Assembly (NCBI GenBank): GCA_030295235.1
Contig: AP026162.1
Span: forward strand, 1,798,001 to 1,862,000
Reading direction: 5' to 3'
From: Fistulifera solaris
Taxonomy: Eukaryota
DNA: 64,000 nucleotides
Shown here: one piece after another, positions 36,901-49,424 of the stretch
How positions within the stretch are numbered: the stretch's first letter is position 1
How the letters are laid out: each line of letters opens with the position of its first letter
Position numbers and translations under genes: made by a program
Notes under the pieces: generated by a model
What the model was told of the DNA's origin: nothing
Database searches by the model: none
What the model saw: the letters and a program-made list of their open reading frames with translations, nothing else

Positions 36901-39900
36901 TCAGCGCCCTTTTTAGTAAGGGTACTTAGACCCTGAAACTCTGGGTCGAGCTTAGATGAATTGTTATTGTAGTAGAACATCATGTTAGGGACGTCTTCCC
37001 CACGCAAGAAGTGTCGTCGTTCCCATCTAAGCCCTCAAAAACACGGAATCGGGTGCTAGTAACTGTTGGAAGAAAGTAGATCCGCAAATATTTTGCTTGA
37101 AATACAATAGAACCATTCCAGGATCGACAGCAAGCTTCGGAAAAGCGTACTTCTTGACCTTCGGCGACGACAATCGTAATGTATCGTCCCCGTCATCAAG
37201 TCGGCTCCATATTTCCTCATATTTCAAAACGAAGTTGATGTCGGCCTGTTTCCAAAGATATCGTGGATTTTTCGTGAGAACATTTGAAAGCATTTCCACT
37301 GCTATACCATAAAGCTTTTTTTTGAAGTAGATCGCGCAACTGCTTAGTGATGGAAGGTCCAGGTTGATCAATACCGTAAACTAGAAATTCTATTTCTCCG
37401 TCGGGTTCAATGCCTCCCCACGAGCGGATAGCATCATGTAAAATATTGAACCTTGTTCGTCTTTGTATACAAATACTCTCATACGGTTCGAGACTGCAAA
37501 TATATGAAGAACAGTTGCTTCTAACGTCCTCGCGACCTGCAATGGATTCGTAGCACAACGATGGAAGAGCTCAAAGGTTGTCCTAAACAATATAGGACAG
37601 TGAAAAACGCCAGTATCGAACATGGCTTTTTCTTTCACCACGAGACTACTCTCGCTAGTAGTCACAGAATCCGGTGGAATAAGGAGACTGCTAGCACTTT
37701 TGGAAGCATGTAAACGTTCCAGGAGCAAGATTTGGTTCGTGCGGTGAGCGCACTGCGATGCAAGGTCTTGCATTTTTGAACAATCCTCGAACTCTCTTCT
37801 TCACCGTCAGGATGGTAAACCTCGATGACAATCAAGCCGCGGGATCGTCGTATAGTAAGAAAACAAAAGAATGGAAGTGATGTTGACTCTGAGTGATTCA
37901 GAACAACAAAGCTGTAGCCATCGTCAAAAGCCTTCAAAGCCACTTGCTTGTTGACTGCGAATTGATCTGATAAAGTTTGGAAGGCCCCTTCAAAAGCCAG
38001 GTCATCTCTCGCTGGCGAGGATGCTGGAACCATTGAGTCTAATTTTGAGACGTAAAAGTACAAGTCAACAGTCGACGCTACCGAATGGCGAGCTTGTCGA
38101 AGGCAAAGCCGGGCAAATTTAAGATCGGTGTCTATAATTGCAGTGCCTTGCCTGCGGAGTCTTCCGAGATGCTGCTCCGCTTAATTGCCGATCAGAATGT
38201 ATTAGAAAATGAGCTGAGACGCAAAGAATAATTTTTACCACTTACCAACGTGGGCATTCAACAGCAAGGCGAGATCGGATGCCGCCGACACATGTGACTG
38301 AGGAAGCTCTCTTGCTTGACGCTTGTTCGCTTTCTCTGGGTCTTCCGTGTAAAGGGAAAGCATAGCGGCAATACTCGCGCTTCGCTCAATAGATTTCAGG
38401 TCCTGAACGGATGCCGGCTCTTGATCTACCACAATTTTTACAAAAACAGGAACGGGTCGCACACTGTAGTATCCACTCTCGCCAGTGGAACTCGAAGTTA
38501 CGCTTATGTCAGACGAGCTATCCAGCCCGTCTACCATGGATTGATAAGCAACATCTTCTTCCTCGATATTTTTCACAACGTTACGGTCGTCGTCGTCATC
38601 GTGGTCGAATGGTTCAATTGACGTTGGGTCACCGTCTTCGTCCTGACTCGCAAGTACGCTTCTGAGAGGACTGGGATGATAAACAAAGCATAGTTGGTCG
38701 CCAGGGACAGGTTCTAAAGCAGACGAAAGAACCTCGAACAGCTTTGAATCGGCGCCTCCTCCTTCTTCCAGTATTTCAACCCTTACTACTTCAACAAAGC
38801 TCAGCTCGTTGAGAACTTGATTGAAATCGCTAGGTGCAAAACAGAACGTTTCATTGCGTAATGTGCTATCCAGGGCGGCGAAATACGCGGAACTCGCGTA
38901 GTTTTGTCTGTGGCCACGATCCAGAGAATCGGTAAAATCAGTGACGCACATATGCTCCGTGATGTGATCGTCTTCGATACCATCCTCAACGACATCGTCG
39001 CGTCGACTGTAAAGCTGAAAAGAGGTAATAAGTTAGGTCATTTCATTTTAGATACAAAGGGTCGCCGGTATGGCTGCACTTACGTCTCCAACGCCAATGG
39101 TGAAAAATGCCATGTTTATGTGCGTTGTAGTTACGTCAGCCACAGTTGTTGTGACTTGCTCGTGCGGCAAATGGACTATACTAAGAGTATTTTTGTCGTA
39201 TTCAACCAAAAACCAATCACCTGATCCATGACCATGCATCGCAAAGCTGGGATCAATTTCTAGCTTCGCGACTCTCGGAGCGAAAACTTGAGACAATAGC
39301 ATTTGTTCCGTTAACCTCCTAAGATGCTCGTTAGCTGTTGTGTCCGTATCATGGAAAAATCGCATTCGTAGGAAAGAGTGCGATGCGTACCCAAGTAGTC
39401 TTTCTACAAATGCTGTTTGAAGTGGTGAAGTATCACCGGCTTCCCTACTTTCGCTTGACAACTGCAGCAATGCCCTTCGACTTTGCAAAGCAAGAGCGCA
39501 CTCTTGATCCCTTTTCCCCAGAGTTTGAACTAATCGGTAAAATTCAGAGAGAGGCGAGGGACTGAACAGAGAAGCCCTGGAAAATTGACCGCTTTCGCTT
39601 TCAATGTGGAAGTCAACAACAACTTTGTCGGCAAGTATAGAGAGCTGGTATTGAACAAGAGTTCCCGGCTCATTCCTTGCGTCTGACTTGTGAACAATTT
39701 TGGCAAGAAGCGCATGCTTTTCGCACGAATCCAATAAAAGGAAGTTACCTATTTCTGTCCTTCGCTTAATGAGCAGAGGAAGAAGCTCAGGGTCAGTTAC
39801 AAGGTCCCAAGTAGAGTGGTCGCAATATTTCTCTACCATCAACTCGCTAGGAGTTCTCTGATCCGTTCCAAAGTGATGATTTTTCGTGCTAACTAGAAAC

Positions 39901-42171
39901 TTCCCCATTTGTATTCTGAGAACACGCACATGACTAAGTTTTCCCAAGAGCTTCTTCAACGAAAACACGCAGGAGAGCCGATCACTGGTCCCGCATCCAC
40001 CTATTGTGTTGACTGTGACAGTCCAGATTCTTCCAGCGTTAGGAGACCGGGCGATTTTCACCACACAGTACGCTGGAAGAGAATGTTCCTCTGATATTGT
40101 CTGTTTGACGAAGCATTCTCGCTTCTTAATACACTGCGAAGACCATCCTTCGAGTGCTTCTATCAGTTGCTCGGATCCGTCGTCCTGATCTCGAAAATCA
40201 CTCAAGAAATCGTGCTCCCCAGCATCGTATGGCATATTTCCGACACATACACAATCGAACTCATCCAGGCGAAAATGGCGTCTTTCTTGCAACGCGCTAA
40301 GAGTCCCGAGCCGTTTCACAAATGGACTATCGGGTGACTTCAGCTGATCACCCCACCGGATCGGTGTTAGCGATGACTGCAGCGTATCTTCTTTCCTCAT
40401 CCATCGCAAGAGCTTGCAAATGCTGTCGGATACTTGCTGGTCGTTGCTTTTGGAAGAACCGAAATTCCCGTGAACAAAATCTCTCTTGACCAGTTGGATC
40501 AGCGACGGATTCCCCAACAGCTCAATTTTCACGTGCGCAAAGCCGATCATGTTGTTCATTCCTACCAGGGACTTGTAAGATATTTCGTAATACAAGATGA
40601 CACCGGCATCCAATCCGAGAGTAAATTGGATCGAGACCTTCCCCGGATCCATAGTGCTTTGACCACACTGTTTGACACGGTACCCTTCTCGGACTCTCAT
40701 CATGATAAGACCTTTGATAGGAACCGGGTTAATAATATAACTCGAGAGCATTGTCCTTATGTGAGTGTTCGTTTGACTCGATTTGTTGAATTCACCACCA
40801 AAGACCCGTCCCTCGAGCACCGACAAAGTTTTGAGATCCGAGTTGTGCGTTTTGTCACGAATCGGGGGAGGGACACCCAGCATCGCATGCGGACGGGGAG
40901 TGAGATGTGACAAGCCAAATATTGTGTACCACTGGACCGCATTGGACTGTAATGTATGCTGCGGAGACGAAAAGAAATGATCCGCATAAAATGGCGATTC
41001 GGAACCGACATTTCCCAAAAATGTGCGAGCACCCTCCTCCAAAAGGTTCGCATTCCAAAAAGCACCCCCACTTGCTCGGCAAACCGATTGAAGAGCTTCT
41101 CTATCATCCGATAGATGCAGCGGATACGTGCCGCCCCTTGGATCGGCCGTAAGCAGTGTAAAGATGGATAAATCGGTAGTATCTCCCGTACTAGGAGCCG
41201 CCGACCCCGATAAATCCAAGACAGAAATCGGCATATCCGAACGATCCTTCTCCCACAACAAGTCCCAGGTGCTATCACAGCCGATGGCCGACCCATCCGT
41301 CGCAATGACGACCGCCGGTCGCGCGGACGATGAAAGATTCTCCAAACAAACATCGGCCGCATCGAGGATATCCTTCAATGAAGAAGATTGAAAGGGCATG
41401 GACCAAGCATCGTACGTATTTCTTCCTTGCACATTGTTGCGATACACCAACCGCTCTGCAATGGCCGATTCAATTTCGTGGAGTGCCCAATCTTTGATTT
41501 TTTTGCGACAACAGTTCGGCAGAAGCTCGATCGGTGACACGAAAGTCTCGGACGAGCAAATGAATATCGGGTTCGTTTTGCGACGGAAAGACGGCAATGA
41601 CACTGACCGCGATTTCCGGTATCCAGGTCGTTCCTGTGATGGGCTGTATTAAGGCCGTAAAATACAATCGCGTCATTTCCGCCAGTCGATCGAGGGGACA
41701 CACACTGTTGGCGGTACTGCTTCCGCAAGTATTCGTCAAAGTGGCTTTGGCATCCAAACAAAATGCGACCCGGGTCAATTCGTACGCAAAATACACGCGC
41801 GATGCCGGAATGAGTCGCAATGGCAGTATCGGTGGTTCATGACAAAAGAATTGTTGTTGTTGCAATACGGTCTGGGCCATGGCATGAAATCGGAGCAACG
41901 ATCGTTGGAGGGCCTTTGTTTCTTTGCGCGACAATCCCGTCGTCGGCACACATTCCAAGACCTTCACCACGCCACACACCGATTCGCGGGTACGCCCTTC
42001 TTGTTGTGTCAGATGATGATCTTCCGAAGTACCCGTAACCACATCGAAATGATAACAAACGCGTTCGGCGAGACCGTATTTGATCCAGTCACTCAAAAGT
42101 ATAACGACATGCAATGCCGGACTGCGAACTGCTACGAGTAATGGGAGCTTTCCGTCATTGACTTTAGTCAT
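33939..42171 (-). CDS. SZT2: SZT2-like (KICSTOR scaffold) giant protein
   Basis: Chain of same-strand ORFs over 8.2 kb; LIPASRVYF..RVAFCLDA and LIMMRVREGYRV recall SZT2 N-terminal motifs; introns near 39015-39085 and 38180-38245; several frameshifts. Confidence 0.65.
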
Positions 42172-42281
42172 GCTGATTTGCGTTAGTATTTTAGTGTAGG
42201 AGTGACATATTTATATGGGAAACAACAATAATAGGAGAAACATTGAGCGAACGTCGTCAAAAAATCTTCGAGGAGCGCGGT

Positions 42282-43750
42282 GATGATCGCAAACACCGAT
42301 TATTCCAGAATTTCTGGAAATACAAGACCAGAAATTCTGTACCAGGTATGATCGCAAACACTGATGGTCCAGAATTTCTGGACCAACCGAAACAGAAATT
42401 CTGTATGATCGCAAACACTGATGGTCCAGAATTTCTGGACCAACAACCACAGAATTTCTGTATGATTGCAAACACTGATGGTTCAGAATTTCTGGACCAA
42501 CCGAGACAGAAATTCTGGATGATCGCAAACACTGATGGTCCAGAATTTCTGGACCGACGACCACAGAATTTCTGTATGATTGCAAGCAACGATGGTCCAG
42601 AATATCTGGACCAACGACCACAGAATCCTGTATGATTGCAAACACTGATGGTCCAGAATTTCTGGACCAACCGAGACAGAAACTCTGGATGATCGCAAAC
42701 ACTCATGGTCCAGAATTTCTGGACCAACCGAAACAGAAATTCTGTATGATCGCAAAACACTGATGGTCCAGAATTTCTGGACCGACAACCACGGAATTTC
42801 TGTATGATCGCAAACACTGATGGTCCAGAATTTCTGGACCGACGACATCAGAAATTCTGTATGATCGCAAACAACGATGGTTCCGAATTTCTGGACCAAC
42901 GACCACAGAATTTCTGTATGATCGCAAGCAACGATGGTCCAGAATTTCTGGACCAACCGATAAAGAAAATCTGTATGATCGCAAACACCGTTCTGGACCA
43001 CAGGATTTCTGTATGATAGCAAACACTAATGGTTCAGAATTTCTGGACCAACCGAAAAATAAAATCTGTATGATCGCAATCACTGATGGTCCACAATTTC
43101 TGGACCAAACGAAACAGAAATTCTGTATGATCGCAAACAACAATGGTCCAGAATTTCTGGAACAACCGAAACAGAAATTCTGTATGATCGCAAACAACGA
43201 TGGTCCAGAGTTTCTGGACCAACGACCACAGAAATTCTGTATGATCGCAAACAACGATGGTCCAGAATTTCTGGACCAACTGAAACAGAAATTCTGTATG
43301 ATCGCAAACACTGAGATGGTCCAGAATTTCTGGACCAACTCGAAACAGAAATTCTGTATGATCGCAAACACCGTTCTGGACCACAGGATTTCTGTATGAT
43401 CGCAAACACTAAAAAATGGTCCAGAAAATCTGGACCAACGACCACAAAAATTCTGTATGATCGAAAACACTAATGGCCCAGAATTTCTGGACCAACCGAT
43501 AAAGAAAATCTGTATGATCGCAATCACTGATGGTCCAGAATTTCTGGACCAAACGAAAAATAAAATCTGTATGATCGCAAACAACGATGGTCCAGAATTT
43601 CTGGACCAAACGAAACAGAAATTCTGTATGATCGCAATCACTGATGGTCCAGAATTTCTGGACCAACCTAAACAGAAATTCTGTATGATCGCAAACACTG
43701 AGATGGTCCAGAATTTCTGGACCGACGACCACAGTCCAGAATTTCTGGAT
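42282..43750. repeat. Minisatellite, 57 bp unit, about 26 copies, two palindromic cores per unit
   Basis: Consensus GTATGATCGCAAACACTGATGGTCCAGAATTTCTGGACCAACCGAAACAGAAATTCT. Confidence 0.97.
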
Positions 43751-43980
43751 GCTCTTTCAAAAAAGTTCTGACAGGCGGAAATGACGAGAAGATACCCGTA
43801 CAAGTACGAACAACGCGATCATTATTTTTATCACCCACTTCACGTCCAGAATTCTTTGGATGATGACTTGAAGCTGTCATTTTCTGCAATCAACACTCCT
43901 CTAAAATAATTTCATTATCATCCTTGTTGATTGTGTTCTGAACCTGAAGTATTTCCGTTTCGATTTACGAAGAACCATCA

Positions 43981-45140
43981 ATGATATCCTCCACATTCCG
44001 CACGGTCGCTCGCGGCTCGACCACCACGCGCCGCAGCATTTGTTCTTCGCATTTGACCATCGAACGAACCACCGACACGACACGCTTCGAACAACGACCC
44101 CCGAAAGAACATCTCCAATTCGGTACAACCTTATCCGATCACATGCTCATGATTGAATGGCACCAACAACAATGGAGTGCGCCTCGCATTGTGCCCTACC
44201 AAAATTTACAACTTAGTCCAGCGGCGAGTTCATTGCAATACGGATTACAGTGTTTTGAAGGAATGAAGGCGTACAAATCACTCACGGATGATTCCTTACG
44301 TATGTTTCGTCCCGACAAGAACATGCAACGACTTGCAAATTCGATGGATCGATTGCAAATGCCCGGGGCGGATTTTGATCACGACGAATTGTTGCGATGC
44401 ATTGCCGAATTAATCAAAATCGATGCGCCATGGATACCGTACGGAGAAGGATATTCGCTCTATTTGCGACCGACCGTCATTGCGACCACGAAAGCGTTGG
44501 GATTGGCGGCACCCGATTCGATTTTGTTGTACGTCATCACCAGTCCGGTTGGGCCCTATTACAAGACGGGATTTCAACCCATTCGACTCATGACGAGTAC
44601 GGATTATGTACGGGCCTGGCCGGGGGGAACGGGAAATGCCAAAGTCGGAGGCAACTATGCTCCGACCATGAAACCACAATTCTTGGCGGCCGAGCATGGG
44701 TGTTCGCAGATTCTCTGGCTTTTTGGGGAGAACGAAGAAATCACCGAGGTGGGAGCCATGAATGTCTTCTTCTATCTCATCAATGATGATACACAGCGAC
44801 TTGAACTGGTCACGGCGCCATTGACACGAGGAGATATTTTGCCGGGAGTCACACGAGATTCCATTTTGCATTTGGCGCGATCGTGGGGTGATTTTGACGT
44901 TTCAGAGCGATATGTTACCATGGCGGAAATCGAAAAGGCAGCCAAAGACGGCCGCCTTATCGAAGCTTTTGGCGCCGGTACGGCGGCGGTTGTAACACCA
45001 TCTCGAGCATTCGACACAAGGGCAAAGATATCGATATCTCGACCGAAACGGGAGAACTCACGCGAAGGATTTGGAACGAAATTACTGGAATCCAGTACGG
45101 TAAAATAGCCGGTCCACCGGGGTGGAGCGTCAAACTTTAA
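43981..45140 (+). CDS. BCAT: Branched-chain amino acid aminotransferase, probably mitochondrial
   Basis: LQYGLQCFEGMKAY, YLRP, RAWPGGTGNAKVGGNY, EVGAMN, ILPGVTR, FGAGTAA; a frameshift near 45000 restores IQYG..GWSVKL with stop at 45138-45140. Confidence 0.95.
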
Positions 45141-46360
45141 AGGGACTGATTTCAGTTGTGACATTGCATGGAAGATTAGATTAAAGTAGACAGTGATTGT
45201 GAATCGAAAAACGACATATTAAGAATTATTGGAGAACAAATTGTCATCAATTTCTCGAAAAAACCCGTCGATGTTTCATACCTTGAAAGCTACACTACCT
45301 TATACGGAGTGACAAAATTGCAGTCGCTGTTTGCGGGCTTGCATTGTACGCCACGACTTACTTGTTGAAGCGTTTGCGGATTGTCCTCTTCCCTTTTTAT
45401 TTGACGGAAATTGATACACTCCCGAACTCCCGAGTCAGATAAATACCTAACCTTTCGTAGCCCAATATTGGTGGCCAATGTTAACGTTAGCAGCGCAAGC
45501 GTATCACAAGAATTCATTAATAGAGAGTGGCTTTTTCGGTGCTTCTCTTCCTAAGCAGAGGAAGCGAGATATTTTCCCAGTTGCGCCGTTGCGCCCTCGT
45601 GTCTTTTCCATCGCAAACATGCACAAAAGTCTAATTTCGCCCCCCTTTTCACCTGGTCAATTGGATACTATTTTCCAAATGATTCCTGCTTTAAAAATCC
45701 GCGCAATTTTACAGCCAAAATTGAGCCAACGTCGTGCTGCTGGCAAGATCGTGCACTGCGGCGACAAAAGCCACTGAGCAAATCCATCCTCTTACGAAGC
45801 AATAGAATCCGTCTGAGACACAAGCTCACGCGCTTCCTTCATCTACGCCTTCTTACTCGCATAGAGACTACGGAATGCAGGAAAAATCGAGAAGGATATT
45901 GGATGGTTGCTTCGAGATAGGTCGCTCAATGGCACGAAAGTAAATGAGTGTAAAAAGCCAAGGGCCAAAAAATCCTGTGCTATGGCCTTGCATTTTTGGC
46001 CAAAAAGCACGTTTTCGAAACACTATGCACTTAAAGTACAGAAATAACAGGTCTACGCATCAATAGTAGAAGACACTTCGTAACGGTACTCGAGTGTCGG
46101 TGGATGTCGTAGCGTGGCTGAGAAATGTCGCAGAGGATGCACGGACAGACTACACCCTCTTTCAAACTCGTGACTCACAGTTTGGAAAGAAGCACAGTGA
46201 CATAGAATGTAGCCTCACGTTCACGGGACACGAGATTTTCATTGCAGATTATTGCACGTCATCGGCGCTTTTGCTTTGTAGTCTAGAGAGTGTTTAGTTT
46301 ATTATTTATTTATGACAACGAGCAACAAGATCCAAGAACTGAGTTATCTAAACTGCAAAG

Positions 46361-47209
46361 ATGAAGTCTGTGTTGGTTGTAGTCTCTTCTTGTTCACTTG
46401 CGTCGCTCTCCGCTTTTCATTCCCCACAGGCGTACCATCGACGCCAAGCCACGGTTCTTCATCTCGAAAGCACGAACCGACGCACATTTTTACGAGAGGC
46501 GGCCCTCGTTGCTGTCACTTCTTCCACATTTACAACCCCTATCGTTGCGAACGCCGAAGAAGAAGACTTAACAACCAAATTGTTCAATGAGGATGGGTCA
46601 CTGAAAGATGAGTCCATTCAAATCGAAGCAAAATTTCGAAAAGTAGAGCTCATGTGGGATGGATCCAATCAGTTGGCAATCGCCGTCGACGGAGAGAACA
46701 CAGCAAATACTTCGAAAGGATCGTCCTTACGTCTGAGCTACGAACTTCCAGAAAAATGGAACACCGATTCCAAGAAGTATATCGACAAAGCCGAAGGTGT
46801 TCAAGTATGTGATCGGATCACAATTTACAGATCGGAAGGAACAGCAACCCCAAAAGTGCTAGAAAAAGCTTCCGTTAAAGGCATCGGAGAGTCTCTTAAA
46901 GTGACCGAAGACTTGAAAGGGATCTATAAGGCTGATCTTATCGGTGGGCGCACTAGAGCGAAAGGCGATCAGAAGTATTATGATTTTGATATGGCGGTTG
47001 CTCCCTCCTCATGTTCCAATTCCAAGGAAGATCTCGGTTTAGGGTTTTGCCCCTACGATTCTATCTATTTATTATCATCAACAGTATTCGACAACTCTCT
47101 CTATGTCTTTGCATTAGAGTGCGACAAGGCCGAGTGGAAAGTGGCAAACAGTGACCTTCGGAGGGTGCGATCGAGTTTCTCTGTCGAACGCATGGTCGAG
47201 TCCATCTAG
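46361..47209 (+). CDS. PsbP-domain thylakoid lumen protein
   Basis: LSA-F plastid presequence, NRRTFL twin-arginine signal, ANA cleavage site, YELPEKW..YYDFD..RSSF. Confidence 0.8.
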   Translation: MKSVLVVVSSCSLASLSAFHSPQAYHRRQATVLHLESTNRRTFLREAALVAVTSSTFTTPIVANAEEEDLTTKLFNEDGSLKDESIQIEAKFRKVELMWDGSNQLAIAVDGENTANTSKGSSLRLSYELPEKWNTDSKKYIDKAEGVQVCDRITIYRSEGTATPKVLEKASVKGIGESLKVTEDLKGIYKADLIGGRTRAKGDQKYYDFDMAVAPSSCSNSKEDLGLGFCPYDSIYLLSSTVFDNSLYVFALECDKAEWKVANSDLRRVRSSFSVERMVESI

Positions 47210-47347
47210 ATATTTGTCACAGAACAGCAAGAGATAGAAACGTAAAAGCTTGCTAATGGAATAAACTTCGCATTCCTAATTTATGTCACTTTTGTTTGAA
47301 AAAGCGAGAAAACAAACATTTTATAACTACTTTGCCCATTCAGGTTG

Positions 47348-48674
47348 TCACAAAAACTGACACTCCATTTTGTGCCGACCGGATCTCCAATCATACACTT
47401 GGCACAGCTTTGAACAATATTTAGCACGACTACAACGACTGCACATCTTCATCCTAGACACTTTCACTCCAGAATGAGTGTGAGCCTCATGTGGTGCGAC
47501 ACCGCTATCAGTCGAAGCGTTCGTCTGTCTACCCGATGTACTCTGATTTGCGTACGAAGGACTGTGATGACGATGTATATGCGGGTGTGCTGCCACACCA
47601 TTTGCAGGTACGGTGGCCTTAAAAGCCCATCGACCACAAAGAGGGTTCCAGCAGTGACTGGTGCTGAGATTTCGCAAGTCGGGAGAACGAATGTAATGAC
47701 GAGATAGCAGTCTGTTTAGGCACAAGTGATCCAAATGACGACGAAGTTCGTCAGCAGTTGGTTCACCAAATTTTTCTTTCATTTCACGAGCAGGAAGGAG
47801 CTCATGTAAAGCAGGAAGGTAGCCGGCGTTCGCCGCCATCCTCATGTACTTTAACGCATCGTCAAAGCGTGAATCGCGGAGGACAAGTCCGAGTGCGTAG
47901 GATGCTCTGGCATATCCTTGCGCAGAAGCCACTTCTAGCATACTAATTCCATTCTTGGCATCGCGTTGACAGTAGGATTGAATAATCCCAAGCCTGAAAC
48001 GAAAGAAGAGATTTTGAGAAAGTTGCTCGACAGAAGCCCACGTGTATGATATTCTGCATTCAAACTTACATATAAAGAGCTTCCAAGTTCCCCGCAACAG
48101 CAAATGGCAATAACTTATGTACAGCCGTGTCAGGTGTATCATCTTCAAGGATAATTCCGTGTAAACCCGTCACAGGGTCACCTCCCACTCGAATTCCAAT
48201 CCTCATCGCATTTGAATTCGAAATTTCACGAAACTGTTTCGAAGTGCATTGAAGATTGTGTCGATCTCCAGCAGAGTTCAGAAACGAAAGACAATGCGCT
48301 ATAACATCCTCGGGCATGCTCGTCAGAGACAGCTTTTTCTCGGGCGTCACCGAGCCTCTCTCCACGTCGACTTTGGGAGGAGTCAACAAAATCCCATTGA
48401 GTCCACGAAAACGCTTGACGGGCCGAACATCGTCATCTTCCTCCAGAAACGACGGAACAGCAATATCTAATTCTCTACGAGAAATTAAACACGGTGTTTT
48501 AATGCTGCTGTTTTCACAAACCTCGATAGGAGTTTCGCAATCCCGAGTCCTCTTGCGTCGGCTCTCCTCGTCCGCGGTTACTTCCATCGGCACCGCGTGC
48601 TCCTTGACAACAGGAGGAGGACGATTGTTCCCAAAGAGACCTCTGGGAAATATGGAGAGGATATGATCCATCAT
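47348..48674 (-). CDS. F-box, Sel1-like and MYND zinc-finger protein
   Basis: LTSMPEDVIAHCLSFL; GNLEALYM-LG across an intron near 47993-48069; CSRCSRAKYCSKLCQVYDW..HKMEC. Confidence 0.85.
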
Positions 48675-49424
48675 GTTGACTATCGCCTCGCCCTTGGCAT
48701 TCTGGGCCCCGGCTTTATGCGGTTGTTTTCCTGTCCAGCAAAATTCAGTCGACTGCTGTCCACGCTGACCGCAAACGAAAGGGGGGAGGAGGAGGAGGGA
48801 GACCGCGAGAGGGGCGTGCGGCGTTCGAAATCTGACATGCATTTGTACAGAAATGTATCGGTCTGATGGCATTTCGGACTATATCAATTTATGTATAATA
48901 AAGCCCAGTACTACAGTGAAAACTAGAGTAAGGATCGAGAGAGACTTAGTAAGTAGTCACTTTTTCGACAGGTCATTCCTTATTTAGCAAAATCAGAAAT
49001 CGAATTCTCAACCCGGCATTCAACGGCTGAAAAATATTTCGCTAGGAGCTAAGTATTTTATCCGCCTATTCTAAATACTTGTATGAGTGTCCGTGAAATA
49101 GTTTAGTGTCGATATGGCCTATATGTACACAATCTGTTATACACCAAGCGGAACAGGCCAATCTCCAGCCTTGTAATTTTTACTATGGCCCAAACTGTCT
49201 ATTACGTTTCCCACGACTAGATTCTAGTCATTCACGAACGGGCGTTTTCCCGCTTTTCCAAAAATAGTTCGCCTTAGCCTAGACTAGAAAGAACATTTTT
49301 TATTTGATGCTGTTCCAATGTTCGAATTGTTGGTAAAAGTTTACTGTAAGGATTTCGAATAGTTATATGACGACTACTCCTGAACAACGAGGAACATTCA
49401 CAAGCGACTGGCGGTTCAAGCGTC

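Noticed and set aside
42282..43750. CRISPR- or TIGR-like array (palindromic repeat with variable segments)
   Set aside because: Variable parts are only ~7 nt and are point variants of each other, not unique spacers; no cas or Nop-domain gene nearby; eukaryotic context.
42211..43803. Repeat-protein ORFs (19-aa period, up to 366 aa)
   Set aside because: The unit is stop-free in several frames and the ORFs drift between frames at indels, so they are satellite artefacts.
45292..46030. CACTA-like start and a short GGCCAAAAA/TTTTTGGCC inverted repeat
   Set aside because: No matching terminal TAGTG, TSD or transposase found.
49246..49253. E2F-type site TTTCCCGC
   Set aside because: Single 8-mer far from a start codon; not distinguishable from chance.
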